Shown piece after piece: positions 49,552-58,098 of a stretch of 64,000 bases of DNA. Source of the DNA: Candidatus Latescibacterota bacterium (GTDB lineage: Bacteria; Latescibacterota; UBA2968; GCA-2709665); the NCBI GenBank assembly GCA_965116875.1, contig OZ220733.1, forward strand, positions 544,001 to 608,000. Direction: 5' to 3'. The number at the start of each line of letters is the position of its first letter. The stretch's first letter is position 1. Below the pieces are notes generated by a model. It worked only from the letters and a program-made list of their open reading frames with translations. It did no database searches and was not told the DNA's origin. The position numbers and the translations under genes are program-made.

Positions 49552-49719
49552 TTAGAAAATCGGTTCTCCGTCCTCAAGAAGCATCTCGATCACTTCCGTC
49601 AGATTCGTGTTCAATTCATCCAATGTCTCGCCCTGAGAATGGGCGCCGGCAAAGCCGGGCACGTAACCGACATACAACCTGGTATCCTTACAATGTTCCA
49701 CGACCGCGGTAAAACGCAT
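49552..49719 (-). CDS. hicB: HicB-family antitoxin, short or truncated (55 aa)
   Basis: Below the ORF-track cutoff. MRFTAVVEHCKDTRLYVGYVPGFAGAHSQGETLDELNTNLTEVIEMLLEDGEPIF; GAGG RBS. Confidence 0.8.
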   Translation of the reverse strand: MRFTAVVEHCKDTRLYVGYVPGFAGAHSQGETLDELNTNLTEVIEMLLEDGEPIF

Positions 49720-49840
49720 TTTTTCCTCACCTGATGGTTGGTCCTATACGTCTCGAATCACGTGAAAGACAGATTCGTCTGCAGGATATCGCATTGCCGG
49801 TGTCTCGCCGCCACGTTCATCCGCAACGGCCGATCTTTTC

Positions 49841-52396
49841 CTACCCTCCCGCGGACATCCCGAAGACCGCAGCAAAGAGGATGAAATCCGCGAAGCTGAT
49901 CTGTTCGTCGCCGTTCAGGTCCAGGTTCTCGTCGAAATTCGGATCGCCCGAACCGGCGCCGAAACTGCTGGCGAAAATCACGAAATCGCCGAACCCGACG
50001 ATGCCGTCCCGGTCGAAGTCGGCGCGTCCAGGATCGGTCACGGGCGCATCCTCGTAGACCGGCCGCCCCCGAACGGCGATACCCCGAGGCCCGTCTTCCA
50101 GCGGCAGCGTCTTGCGAATGAATCCCGATGCCGCATCGATAAACAGCAGTTCGTTCGAGTCCTGGTTGGCCGCGTAGACGGTCTTGCCGTCGGCGGACAC
50201 GGCGACGTCGCGCGTTTCCCGCCCGCGTGCGGCCCACTTCAGAACAACGCGATTCAGATCGGTATTGATGACCAGCACCTGCGCATTGGTCCGGTCCGTG
50301 GCATAGAGGCGTTTCCCGTCAGGCGAGAGGGCCAGCCGGAATACGCTGGCGGATGGCTGGTCGATCTTGCTGATCACCTCTTTCGTTTCGGTATCGATGA
50401 CCGAAACGCCGGCGCCGTCGCCGCTGCGTCCGAACCTGGAAACGTAGAGGCGGTCGCCGGACGGGGAGAGCAGCAGTGACCGCGGCGATACCGGCACGTC
50501 GATCCGGTGGGTTACCTGCCGGGCTTCGATATCCACGACCATCACCTGATTCCCGTCGATGTCCGCCGCGTACAACCACTGTTCGTCCGGGCTCACCGCG
50601 ATGCCGAACGGGCCGCGGGAACCCTCGCCCTCGCCGGCTACGGGCGTGGAAATTCGCCGCCCTTCCCGCAGGCTGCCCACGTCCACCACCGATACCGTCT
50701 GGTCCGCGGCATTGCTCACGTACACGCGCGACCCGTTTCGGGCCATCGCCAGATCCAGCGGCTCACGCCCCACCCGAATGACCTGGACTTCATGCGTGGC
50801 CGTATCGATCGCCATCAGCTTGTTTTCCGAGCCATCCGCGTCCGCGCCGTTGTTGGCCACGTACACGTACCGCTCGTCGGGCGTCAATAACGCGCTCAAG
50901 GGGTCGCCGCCCAGAGGTATCCGGGCCACTTCACGGTCCAGACCCGTATCGAACACGGCGAGTTGCCGTGAACGCCGAAGCGACACGTACACAACCGGCT
51001 CTCCGGAAAGCGCAAGCACCTCGAACCGCAGCGCGGGCAGTTCCTCGGCGGGATAGACCGTCTCGTTGCCCTGGCTGTCCTGCGCCCGGAATCGGTAGGT
51101 AAACACGGTTCCGCGTTTCCGCCCGGGAAACTCGGCGGAGTAAAACTGTCCATGTTCCGGCTGCAACACCAACGTCCGGACGGGTCCGCCGTCGATCCGG
51201 TAGTCCGCCTCGACCAGAACGATCGGGTCCTCATCGAGAATGCGGACGTGCAGCCGGTACGGGCCTGCCGGACTCGGTGTGTTGTTCGGCAGAACGGTCG
51301 GTTGAACGTCCGGAAAACCCGGCAGGGCCGTTCCCAGCGTAAAGTCGACTTCCGCCACGCTCCTGCCCGGGGCAACGCGAACCACGTCCGCGACGTCCCG
51401 GATCGCCCTGTTGTCGTAATACTCCTCCGGGAAGCCGGTTTCGAATTCGCTGTAAATGCCGCTGAAATTCCGCGTGGTAACCGAACCGCCAACCGGTTCG
51501 ATGCCCACGTGATATTCTCCTGGCGGCAGGCCCTTGATTTCATACGCCCCGTCTCCGCCGATCCCCCGGTTTTCACCTGTTGTTCCCGACAGGACGCCCG
51601 CGGCGAACTCACCTGTCTCCGCACGATATGCCACCACGTGAACGCCAAATGCGCCGGCGCCGTCGCGGTGCGTCACCCGGCCGGAGATTGCGCCGGTGGA
51701 TGTAATCGCCTCGGTGGATGGATACAGTGCCGCAACCCCCGCACGGTCATCCGTCGTAAGCGTTCGTTCCTCTCCGAAGTAAAACGGATACATCGACGGT
51801 CGAACGGTTCGATCTCCCCCCAGCGGCGAATGGGCAAGGCCCAGCAGGTGGCCGATCTCATGGACCAGCACGTCCTGCATATCCACCAGTCCGCCGTCCT
51901 GGTCGGGATTTCCCGCCGAATAGGTATAGTCTCGACCGTTGAAGACGATGTCCACGTCTGTAATGTGCCCCTGAGTGTCCCAATTCATCCGTGCGAACGC
52001 GATCACACCCCCGCCGCCGCGCTCCGGGAAATTACTGGCGCTCCGGTCATAGGCGATTACGTTTTTCCCGTCTTCTGTCGACACATCCAGATTGGCGACG
52101 CCGCGACTTCTGAACGCGGCGAATGAAATGGGAACTTCCTCCCAGGCTGCGAAGCTGTCGTTTACCAGGCGTCTGACATGTCTGTCCAGGAACGGAAACT
52201 GATCGATCTTGAGCCAGAATTCGATCGCGCGCGCTTTTCCCGCCGACCATCGCACCGTGACAATCTGGCCCTGCCTGTTACGGTGCATCTGAAACACGTA
52301 GGAATCCGAAGGGGCTGCCAGAAAGCATCCTGTCATCACGGACACGACAACCAGGACGAACAATCGACGCGTACAGTTTCCGATATTGTGTCTCAC
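49841..52396 (-). CDS. Secreted matrixin (M10)-like metalloprotease with YVTN beta-propeller and C-terminal dockerin/EF-hand-like module
   Basis: HEIGHLLGLAH, SMYP Met-turn, YVAN/YVSN repeats, ADFDRDGIVGFGDF..DLNGDEQISFADF. Confidence 0.85.
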   Translation of the reverse strand: MRHNIGNCTRRLFVLVVVSVMTGCFLAAPSDSYVFQMHRNRQGQIVTVRWSAGKARAIEFWLKIDQFPFLDRHVRRLVNDSFAAWEEVPISFAAFRSRGVANLDVSTEDGKNVIAYDRSASNFPERGGGGVIAFARMNWDTQGHITDVDIVFNGRDYTYSAGNPDQDGGLVDMQDVLVHEIGHLLGLAHSPLGGDRTVRPSMYPFYFGEERTLTTDDRAGVAALYPSTEAITSTGAISGRVTHRDGAGAFGVHVVAYRAETGEFAAGVLSGTTGENRGIGGDGAYEIKGLPPGEYHVGIEPVGGSVTTRNFSGIYSEFETGFPEEYYDNRAIRDVADVVRVAPGRSVAEVDFTLGTALPGFPDVQPTVLPNNTPSPAGPYRLHVRILDEDPIVLVEADYRIDGGPVRTLVLQPEHGQFYSAEFPGRKRGTVFTYRFRAQDSQGNETVYPAEELPALRFEVLALSGEPVVYVSLRRSRQLAVFDTGLDREVARIPLGGDPLSALLTPDERYVYVANNGADADGSENKLMAIDTATHEVQVIRVGREPLDLAMARNGSRVYVSNAADQTVSVVDVGSLREGRRISTPVAGEGEGSRGPFGIAVSPDEQWLYAADIDGNQVMVVDIEARQVTHRIDVPVSPRSLLLSPSGDRLYVSRFGRSGDGAGVSVIDTETKEVISKIDQPSASVFRLALSPDGKRLYATDRTNAQVLVINTDLNRVVLKWAARGRETRDVAVSADGKTVYAANQDSNELLFIDAASGFIRKTLPLEDGPRGIAVRGRPVYEDAPVTDPGRADFDRDGIVGFGDFVIFASSFGAGSGDPNFDENLDLNGDEQISFADFILFAAVFGMSAGG

Positions 52397-52399
52397 GAC

Positions 52400-52792
52400 T
52401 CAGTCCTGTTGTATCAACACGGGTTGGGGCGTCTCCTGATCCACGTACCACACCTCCTGCCGGCCGTCACCGTCCAGGTCCGCGCGGGCTTCCGCAACAA
52501 ACGTCGATCCTTCCACCGTTACCCGGTACCGGAACCTGCCGGGCACGTCATTAAGCTTGAGGATCTCACCGTTTTTTTCACTGTCTACGGGGAGATAAGT
52601 TCCATATTCCTCCAGATGGGCACGCTCCAGCCCGTAGATCAATTCGAGGTGCATTCGGGCGCGGGCACGTTCGCTCTCATCCGGGGACCGCGCAGTCAGC
52701 CGGTAGATCATCAGGATACAGAACAGGGCCAGCAACAGGACGGACGGCAGATGTTTCCTGATGGAAAGGCCGCGTTCAGATTCATCAGGCAC
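52400..52792 (-). CDS. Type IV pilin-like small membrane protein
   Basis: N-terminal TM; EARADLDGDG..W.VD C-terminus; degenerate prepilin site. Confidence 0.5.
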   Translation of the reverse strand: MPDESERGLSIRKHLPSVLLLALFCILMIYRLTARSPDESERARARMHLELIYGLERAHLEEYGTYLPVDSEKNGEILKLNDVPGRFRYRVTVEGSTFVAEARADLDGDGRQEVWYVDQETPQPVLIQQD

Positions 52793-52794
52793 CG

Positions 52795-54543
52795 CTATTT
52801 CTCCCCTTCAAGCTCTGAGGAAGTCCAGACGTACAGGTTCAGCGGCTCCTCGGCGGCCGTCTCCCATCGGGAGACAACGCCAATCGTATCTTGAAGTGCA
52901 GACAGGGGTTCGGCGGCAACGAACGGTCTGACCACGCCCGGCGTCCACAGGCGGGTACCGTCGACGTCACCGAAAGCGAGCACCCGGTACGGACCGGGCG
53001 GCATCGCCTCCAGAATATACGAAGAGTCTCCGGGCGCAACAGTGATCGAATGCGTTACTTCCGGCGCCGAGAGCGGCCGCGCCTGCACGACAATGGGCGA
53101 CTCTGAAGGGACAACCGAACCGCTCAAGGCGCCCTGGTCTTCCGGGGTCGCAACCGTAAATCGGAACACGATCTCGCCTTCGGCCGGGTTACCGGAAACG
53201 TCCGAAAGCCGGTCGGGCCGTGCTCGCAGAACGTAAGATCTCCCTGGCGCCCAGGCATGGAGGGGCCGGAATGCAAGCCGGTTGGGCAGCGGCCAGGAAA
53301 CCCGTCCTTCGGGAGCGTCCGTACTGTCGGAAACGATCCAGAGTTCAGGATTCGTATCGTCAGACATCGCCTCGTTGAAATCAACTCGCAGCGCGGCGTC
53401 TTGCAATACGTGCCGTGCTCCAACTTCAGGATTGACGCGAACCGGAACCGGCGCACGGCGGTCGGGCCGTCCCTCGCCGCGCACCGCCGCCGCTTCGCCT
53501 GACGCAATCCGGTTCCCGAAGCGGTCTCCGATTCCGCCCAACTCGACCATGTATTCCATGCCGGCAGTCTGCGGACCAGTAACAAGCCAAACCCGGCTGG
53601 AATCCGTCGCGTCCGTGTATATTGCCTGTACGTCGAGTGATCCGGCGGCTCCGGAAACGCGGGGCGGCGAGGACAGAGTCACGGGTTCGTCGAACCGCAG
53701 GGCCAGCCGCCGCCGATCGGGCGTCCGCGCTGAAACAAAACGCGGCGGCACGCTGTCACGCACCGCCATCTTCAGCAGACTCAATTGCACACGCACGTCG
53801 CCCGATCCGAGCGGGACATCCCCCGGCGGTACAGCAATCGGCTCGCCGGGACGATAAGCCTGGTCGCGGTCTCCATCCTGGAATGCGAATACCCGGTACC
53901 GTCCGGGCCCCAATCGTACAAAACGGTACGTCCCGTCGTCACCGGGCTGTGTCACATAAGCGGGAGGATCGGCCGCGGGATCGGGGTCGCCGGTCCCGGT
54001 CAGATCGTACGCCCATACGTAGACCAATCCCCGCTTTCCGGTATTCAGATCGACGCTTCCGTGGATTTCTCCACCGCTCAACCGATCACCGGTGGAGAAC
54101 GCGAAGCTGTAGGTCGCCTCCATGCGGTTGGACGACTCGTCTGAACTGCCGGCGCCAACCGATACAACGTAAGTACGATCCTCACGGAGGCCTTCACGTG
54201 GACGGATTTCAAGCTCCCGTCCGCGCCATCTGAATTCCGGATCGGTTGAAAAGCGCGGCGAAATGAAAATCGCACGCGTGACCGATCGGCGGTTCATGGA
54301 TTCGCTGAACCCGATCCGGATGCGGGTATCCGGCCCAACGCCCACGGAATCGGCCGCAGGCGTTGTGTGGACCACCCGCGGCGGGGTCACGTCCGGAGGA
54401 CCGCCAGGTGGCGGTCTGGGGTTGGCGCAGGCTCCCGCGAAGAGCGGAAGAAGGCCCATCAGGACACGAGCCGTCTTTTTCGGGATGGAGAATGACAGGG
54501 AAACGCTGCATGGCCATCCACCGACTTCCGTGTCCGTTTTCAC
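52795..54543 (-). CDS. Lipoprotein with Ig-like (Big_5) domains
   Basis: Lipobox AGAC, CANPRPPPGGPPDVTPP, FSESM, FSTG; start uncertain. Confidence 0.82.
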   Translation of the reverse strand: MKTDTEVGGWPCSVSLSFSIPKKTARVLMGLLPLFAGACANPRPPPGGPPDVTPPRVVHTTPAADSVGVGPDTRIRIGFSESMNRRSVTRAIFISPRFSTDPEFRWRGRELEIRPREGLREDRTYVVSVGAGSSDESSNRMEATYSFAFSTGDRLSGGEIHGSVDLNTGKRGLVYVWAYDLTGTGDPDPAADPPAYVTQPGDDGTYRFVRLGPGRYRVFAFQDGDRDQAYRPGEPIAVPPGDVPLGSGDVRVQLSLLKMAVRDSVPPRFVSARTPDRRRLALRFDEPVTLSSPPRVSGAAGSLDVQAIYTDATDSSRVWLVTGPQTAGMEYMVELGGIGDRFGNRIASGEAAAVRGEGRPDRRAPVPVRVNPEVGARHVLQDAALRVDFNEAMSDDTNPELWIVSDSTDAPEGRVSWPLPNRLAFRPLHAWAPGRSYVLRARPDRLSDVSGNPAEGEIVFRFTVATPEDQGALSGSVVPSESPIVVQARPLSAPEVTHSITVAPGDSSYILEAMPPGPYRVLAFGDVDGTRLWTPGVVRPFVAAEPLSALQDTIGVVSRWETAAEEPLNLYVWTSSELEGEK

Positions 54544-54547
54544 GTCG

Positions 54548-55453
54548 CTACGCTCTCGGATGCGCCTGCCGATAAGCCTTTTTCAACCGTTCCACACTCA
54601 CGTGGGTATAAACCTGCGTTGTGGACAGGCTCGCGTGCCCAAGCATCTCCTTGACCGCATTCAGATCGGCGCCCCTGTCCAGCAGATGGGTGGCGAACGT
54701 ATGCCTCAGCGTATGCGGCCCCAGACGGCTCCTTCCCGTCGCCTGCTCGAGATGTCCCACGACCCGGTCCTGAATCCCGCTTGCGCTCAACGCCCTGCCG
54801 GTTCGGCTCAGGAAAAAACGACGGCGGTCAACCACGGGCGCATCGCCGGGCAACAGCTCCGGCCGGCGCGCGAGATACCTGCGAAGGGCCTCCCTGGCGG
54901 GCCTTCCAACGGGCACGAGTCGCTCCCTTCCACCCTTCCCCGTCACCCGGACCGTCCCGCTGTCGAGGTCCAGGCTGTCCATATTGATCTCCGCAAGTTC
55001 GCGCAAACGGATTCCGGAACTGTAGAACAATTCCAGAATCGCCCGGTCCCGCAAACCCAATGCCGTATCCGGCGACGGATTTTCCAGCACTCGCCTCACC
55101 TCTCGGTCGTCCAGATGTACCGGCAGGGTCTTCTCCTGCCTTGGCGGACGGACCTGAAGCGCCGGGTTCTTCTGCAAACGGCCCAGGCGGCACAGAAAGG
55201 AAAAAAACGTCCGCAGCGAAGCCAGCTTCCGTGCGATTGAACGCCTGCCGAAACCGGCGCCGTTGAGATGTCCAAGGAACGCCCGTATGTCCTCGCGGGC
55301 GATGCTTCTCACGTCCGGATTTTCCGAGCCCGTTCGGACCTGCAGGAAAGAAAGGAACCGTTCCAGGTCCGTGCGGTAGGCACGTGACGTGTGCGGCGAA
55401 AGACGACGCTCGTCGGCGAGATGACGTAGGAATTCCGCGATCAAAACGTGCAT
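54548..55453 (-). CDS. xerC: Tyrosine recombinase XerC
   Basis: LSPHT..Y, ARKLASLR, SGIRLREL, GKGGRER, HTLRHTFATH, LGHASLSTTQVYTH; follows topA. Confidence 0.9.
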   Translation of the reverse strand: MHVLIAEFLRHLADERRLSPHTSRAYRTDLERFLSFLQVRTGSENPDVRSIAREDIRAFLGHLNGAGFGRRSIARKLASLRTFFSFLCRLGRLQKNPALQVRPPRQEKTLPVHLDDREVRRVLENPSPDTALGLRDRAILELFYSSGIRLRELAEINMDSLDLDSGTVRVTGKGGRERLVPVGRPAREALRRYLARRPELLPGDAPVVDRRRFFLSRTGRALSASGIQDRVVGHLEQATGRSRLGPHTLRHTFATHLLDRGADLNAVKEMLGHASLSTTQVYTHVSVERLKKAYRQAHPRA

Positions 55454-55577
55454 TCGCAGTGAACCCTTGTTTCAGACTGCTCCTGCCGCGGAATCGGTGT
55501 CCGCGGTCGACTCGACGGGGCCGGCGGCGGTTGCCGGCTCGAAACCGGCATTCCGCGGATGGCGCAGGAAAGCCGGC

Positions 55578-57833
55578 CTACACCTTTTCCTCCTGTGCGT
55601 CTGGCATATTATGCCTGCACTTCAGGCACCGGAAGGAGGTCCGGCCGTTTCGACCGGCATGCTCGGCCAGAAACGGTCCGTCGCACATTGGGCACGGCCG
55701 GTTCAAGGGCCGGTCCCAACTCGCGTACGTACACGCCGGAAAGTTGCCGCAACTGAAGAACGTTCTGCCGCGCCGGCTGCTTCGTTCCTTGAGTTGGCCG
55801 TCGCATTTTTCCTGCGGACATGGCACGCCCGTGGAAATCGACCGGGTATTCCTGCACTCGGGGTACCCGGAGCATGCAAGGAATCGTCCATTGCGTCCGG
55901 TGCGAATGGCCATTTCCGATCCGCATTTCTCGCAAACTTCATCCGTCGGTTCCGGCTCCGATGCTTCGAGCGGGTGGGTATTTCGGCATTCCGGAAATCC
56001 GGAACAGGCCAGAAAACGGCCGTTTCGACCCCATTTGATCACAAAGATCCGTCCGCACTTCTCGCAGATTCTGTCCGTCTCCTCCTGGAGCGACGCCTTC
56101 AGCTCTTTTCGCTGCCCTTCCGCACTTTCCAGAGCCCTGGCGAACGGTCCGTAAAAGTCTTCCACCACCTTCACCCAGCCTGCCTCGCCGTTTTCGACCT
56201 GGTCCAGTTCATCTTCCATCCTCGCGGTAAAATCCACGTTGAATACATCGGGAAACGCCTTGACCAGAATCCCGTTGACGGTTCGCCCCAGATCCGTTGG
56301 CGCGAACCGTCCGCTGTTTCTTGTCGTATAGTCCCTGTCCTGGAGCGTGCTGATAATCTGGGCATATGTACTGGGTCGTCCGATTTCGCGTGACTCCAGC
56401 TCCTTGACGAGCGTGGCTTCGGAGAATCTCGGGGGCGGCTTTGTGAAATGCTGCTCGGGCAGCAGCGACATCATGGTCAGAACATCTCCCTGCTTCAATC
56501 CATCGGGGAGCCGCGCCTCGGCCCGCTCGGCTTCCTCGTCCCTGCCTTCCGTATAGAGCGCCGTAAAACCGGCAAACTTGAGCTCCGAACCGGTTGCCCG
56601 CAATTCATACTCGCCCGCCCGGATATCCACCGCGGTCCGGTTGAACACCGCCGACGCCATCTGACAGGCGATGAACCGATCCCAGATCAGGCGATAAAGC
56701 TTCGCCTGGTCGGCAGTCAGTTGCCCCTGGACGACCTCCGGCGGGCGCTGCACGTCCGTGGGGCGTATCGCCTCGTGCGCATCCTGCGCCCCCTTTCCCT
56801 TCCGGTAGGTTCTTGCCCGGGACGGCAGAAACGCCTCCCCGAAACGCTGCAGGATATAGTCTCTCGCCGAAGTTACCGCGTCGCTCGCCAACCGGGTGGA
56901 GTCCGTCCTCATGTATGTAATCAAACCGGTCGTTTCGGTCGAGTCAACCGCACCGCCCCGTACCTCAACGCCCTCGTAAAGCTGCTGGGCCACCTGCATC
57001 GTCTTCCTTGCGGTAAACCGCAGCCGCCGGGACGCTTCCTGCTGCAGCGTACTCGTTATGAACGGCGGGGCAGGATTGCGCCGCTGCTCCCGTCGTTTTA
57101 CGCCAGAGATCCGGTATCCGGGATCGGTGGCCGCCGCACGCAGATCCAGAAGGATATGGTCCACCTCCACCCGGGTTTTCAGCTCCAGCTTTTCGCCCTT
57201 GAGCCGGACCAAACGCGCCCTGAATGGAACGGTATCCTCCCGTTTCACCTTTGCGTCGACAGTCCAGTATTCTTCCGGAACGAACGCGTCGATCGCCGCT
57301 TCCCGCTCGCAAATCAGGCGGAGCGCTACAGATTGAACCCGGCCGGCGCTCAGACCGCCGTGAACCGTCTTCCAAAGCAGTGGACTGACCTTGTACCCCA
57401 CGAGGCGATCCAGAACCCTGCGGGCTTGCTGAGCGTCCACCTTCCTGAGATCGATCCTGGAGGGGTTGGCCACCGCCTCCCTGACCGCCCGTTCCGTAAT
57501 CTCATTGAACATGACCCTCTGGGCATCGTTGACCCGCTTGAGCGCCTCGGCCACGTGCCACGCGATGGCTTCCCCCTCGCGGTCCGGGTCCGTCGCAAGA
57601 ATCAGCCGCCCCGCCGAGCGGGCGGCCGCGCGAAGCTCCTTGACGAACTTATTTCGATCGCGGATGGTCCGATACGTGGGCTTGAAGCCGTTGGTAACGT
57701 CGATGCCCAGTTCCTTCTTCGGCAGGTCACGGACGTGTCCCATGCTGGCCAATACCTTGAAGTCTTTACCGAGTATTTTGTTTATCGTCCTCGCCTTGGC
57801 CGGCGACTCGACCACCACCAGCGCATCCGGCAT
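55578..57833 (-). CDS. topA: DNA topoisomerase I
   Basis: VVESPAKA, ATDPDREGEAI, SAGRVQS, ITYMRTDS, GRPSTY, C-terminal Zn ribbons. Confidence 0.97.
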   Translation of the reverse strand: MPDALVVVESPAKARTINKILGKDFKVLASMGHVRDLPKKELGIDVTNGFKPTYRTIRDRNKFVKELRAAARSAGRLILATDPDREGEAIAWHVAEALKRVNDAQRVMFNEITERAVREAVANPSRIDLRKVDAQQARRVLDRLVGYKVSPLLWKTVHGGLSAGRVQSVALRLICEREAAIDAFVPEEYWTVDAKVKREDTVPFRARLVRLKGEKLELKTRVEVDHILLDLRAAATDPGYRISGVKRREQRRNPAPPFITSTLQQEASRRLRFTARKTMQVAQQLYEGVEVRGGAVDSTETTGLITYMRTDSTRLASDAVTSARDYILQRFGEAFLPSRARTYRKGKGAQDAHEAIRPTDVQRPPEVVQGQLTADQAKLYRLIWDRFIACQMASAVFNRTAVDIRAGEYELRATGSELKFAGFTALYTEGRDEEAERAEARLPDGLKQGDVLTMMSLLPEQHFTKPPPRFSEATLVKELESREIGRPSTYAQIISTLQDRDYTTRNSGRFAPTDLGRTVNGILVKAFPDVFNVDFTARMEDELDQVENGEAGWVKVVEDFYGPFARALESAEGQRKELKASLQEETDRICEKCGRIFVIKWGRNGRFLACSGFPECRNTHPLEASEPEPTDEVCEKCGSEMAIRTGRNGRFLACSGYPECRNTRSISTGVPCPQEKCDGQLKERSSRRGRTFFSCGNFPACTYASWDRPLNRPCPMCDGPFLAEHAGRNGRTSFRCLKCRHNMPDAQEEKV

Positions 57834-58098
57834 ATTGTCTCCCAAAAGAACGAGCCACGTCGAAAGACATCATCGAGTGACTCACCCCGGTTACGATCGG
57901 TTGTCAGATCGGGAAAAACAGGATTAAATCCGTTGAAAAGCGTTGCCCGACGTTCTCCGCGCCTGCATCGTGTGACGCTTGTAACCCGTCCGATTCAAAA
58001 ATACGAGCGCCCCGGAGAAAAGTCAAGGCTAAACTGATAAATATTTGTAAAACATTTATTTATATCATGAAATATCATTTGCGGACTCCTGGCGTTCC

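Larger units (their letters stand above)
41000..49750. mobile_element. Lower-GC accessory island (defence/TA-like); boundaries approximate
   Basis: Visible drop in GC and changed codon style. Holds nuclease-like, NDT-like, PIN, antitoxin and IS genes, all on the minus strand. No integrase seen. Confidence 0.6.

Noticed and set aside
41000-49750. Integron cassette array
   Set aside because: No intI and no repeated complete attC sites; only one half-matching palindrome.
54548-55453. Tyrosine recombinase as the island or prophage integrase
   Set aside because: Size, motifs and position after topA fit housekeeping XerC.
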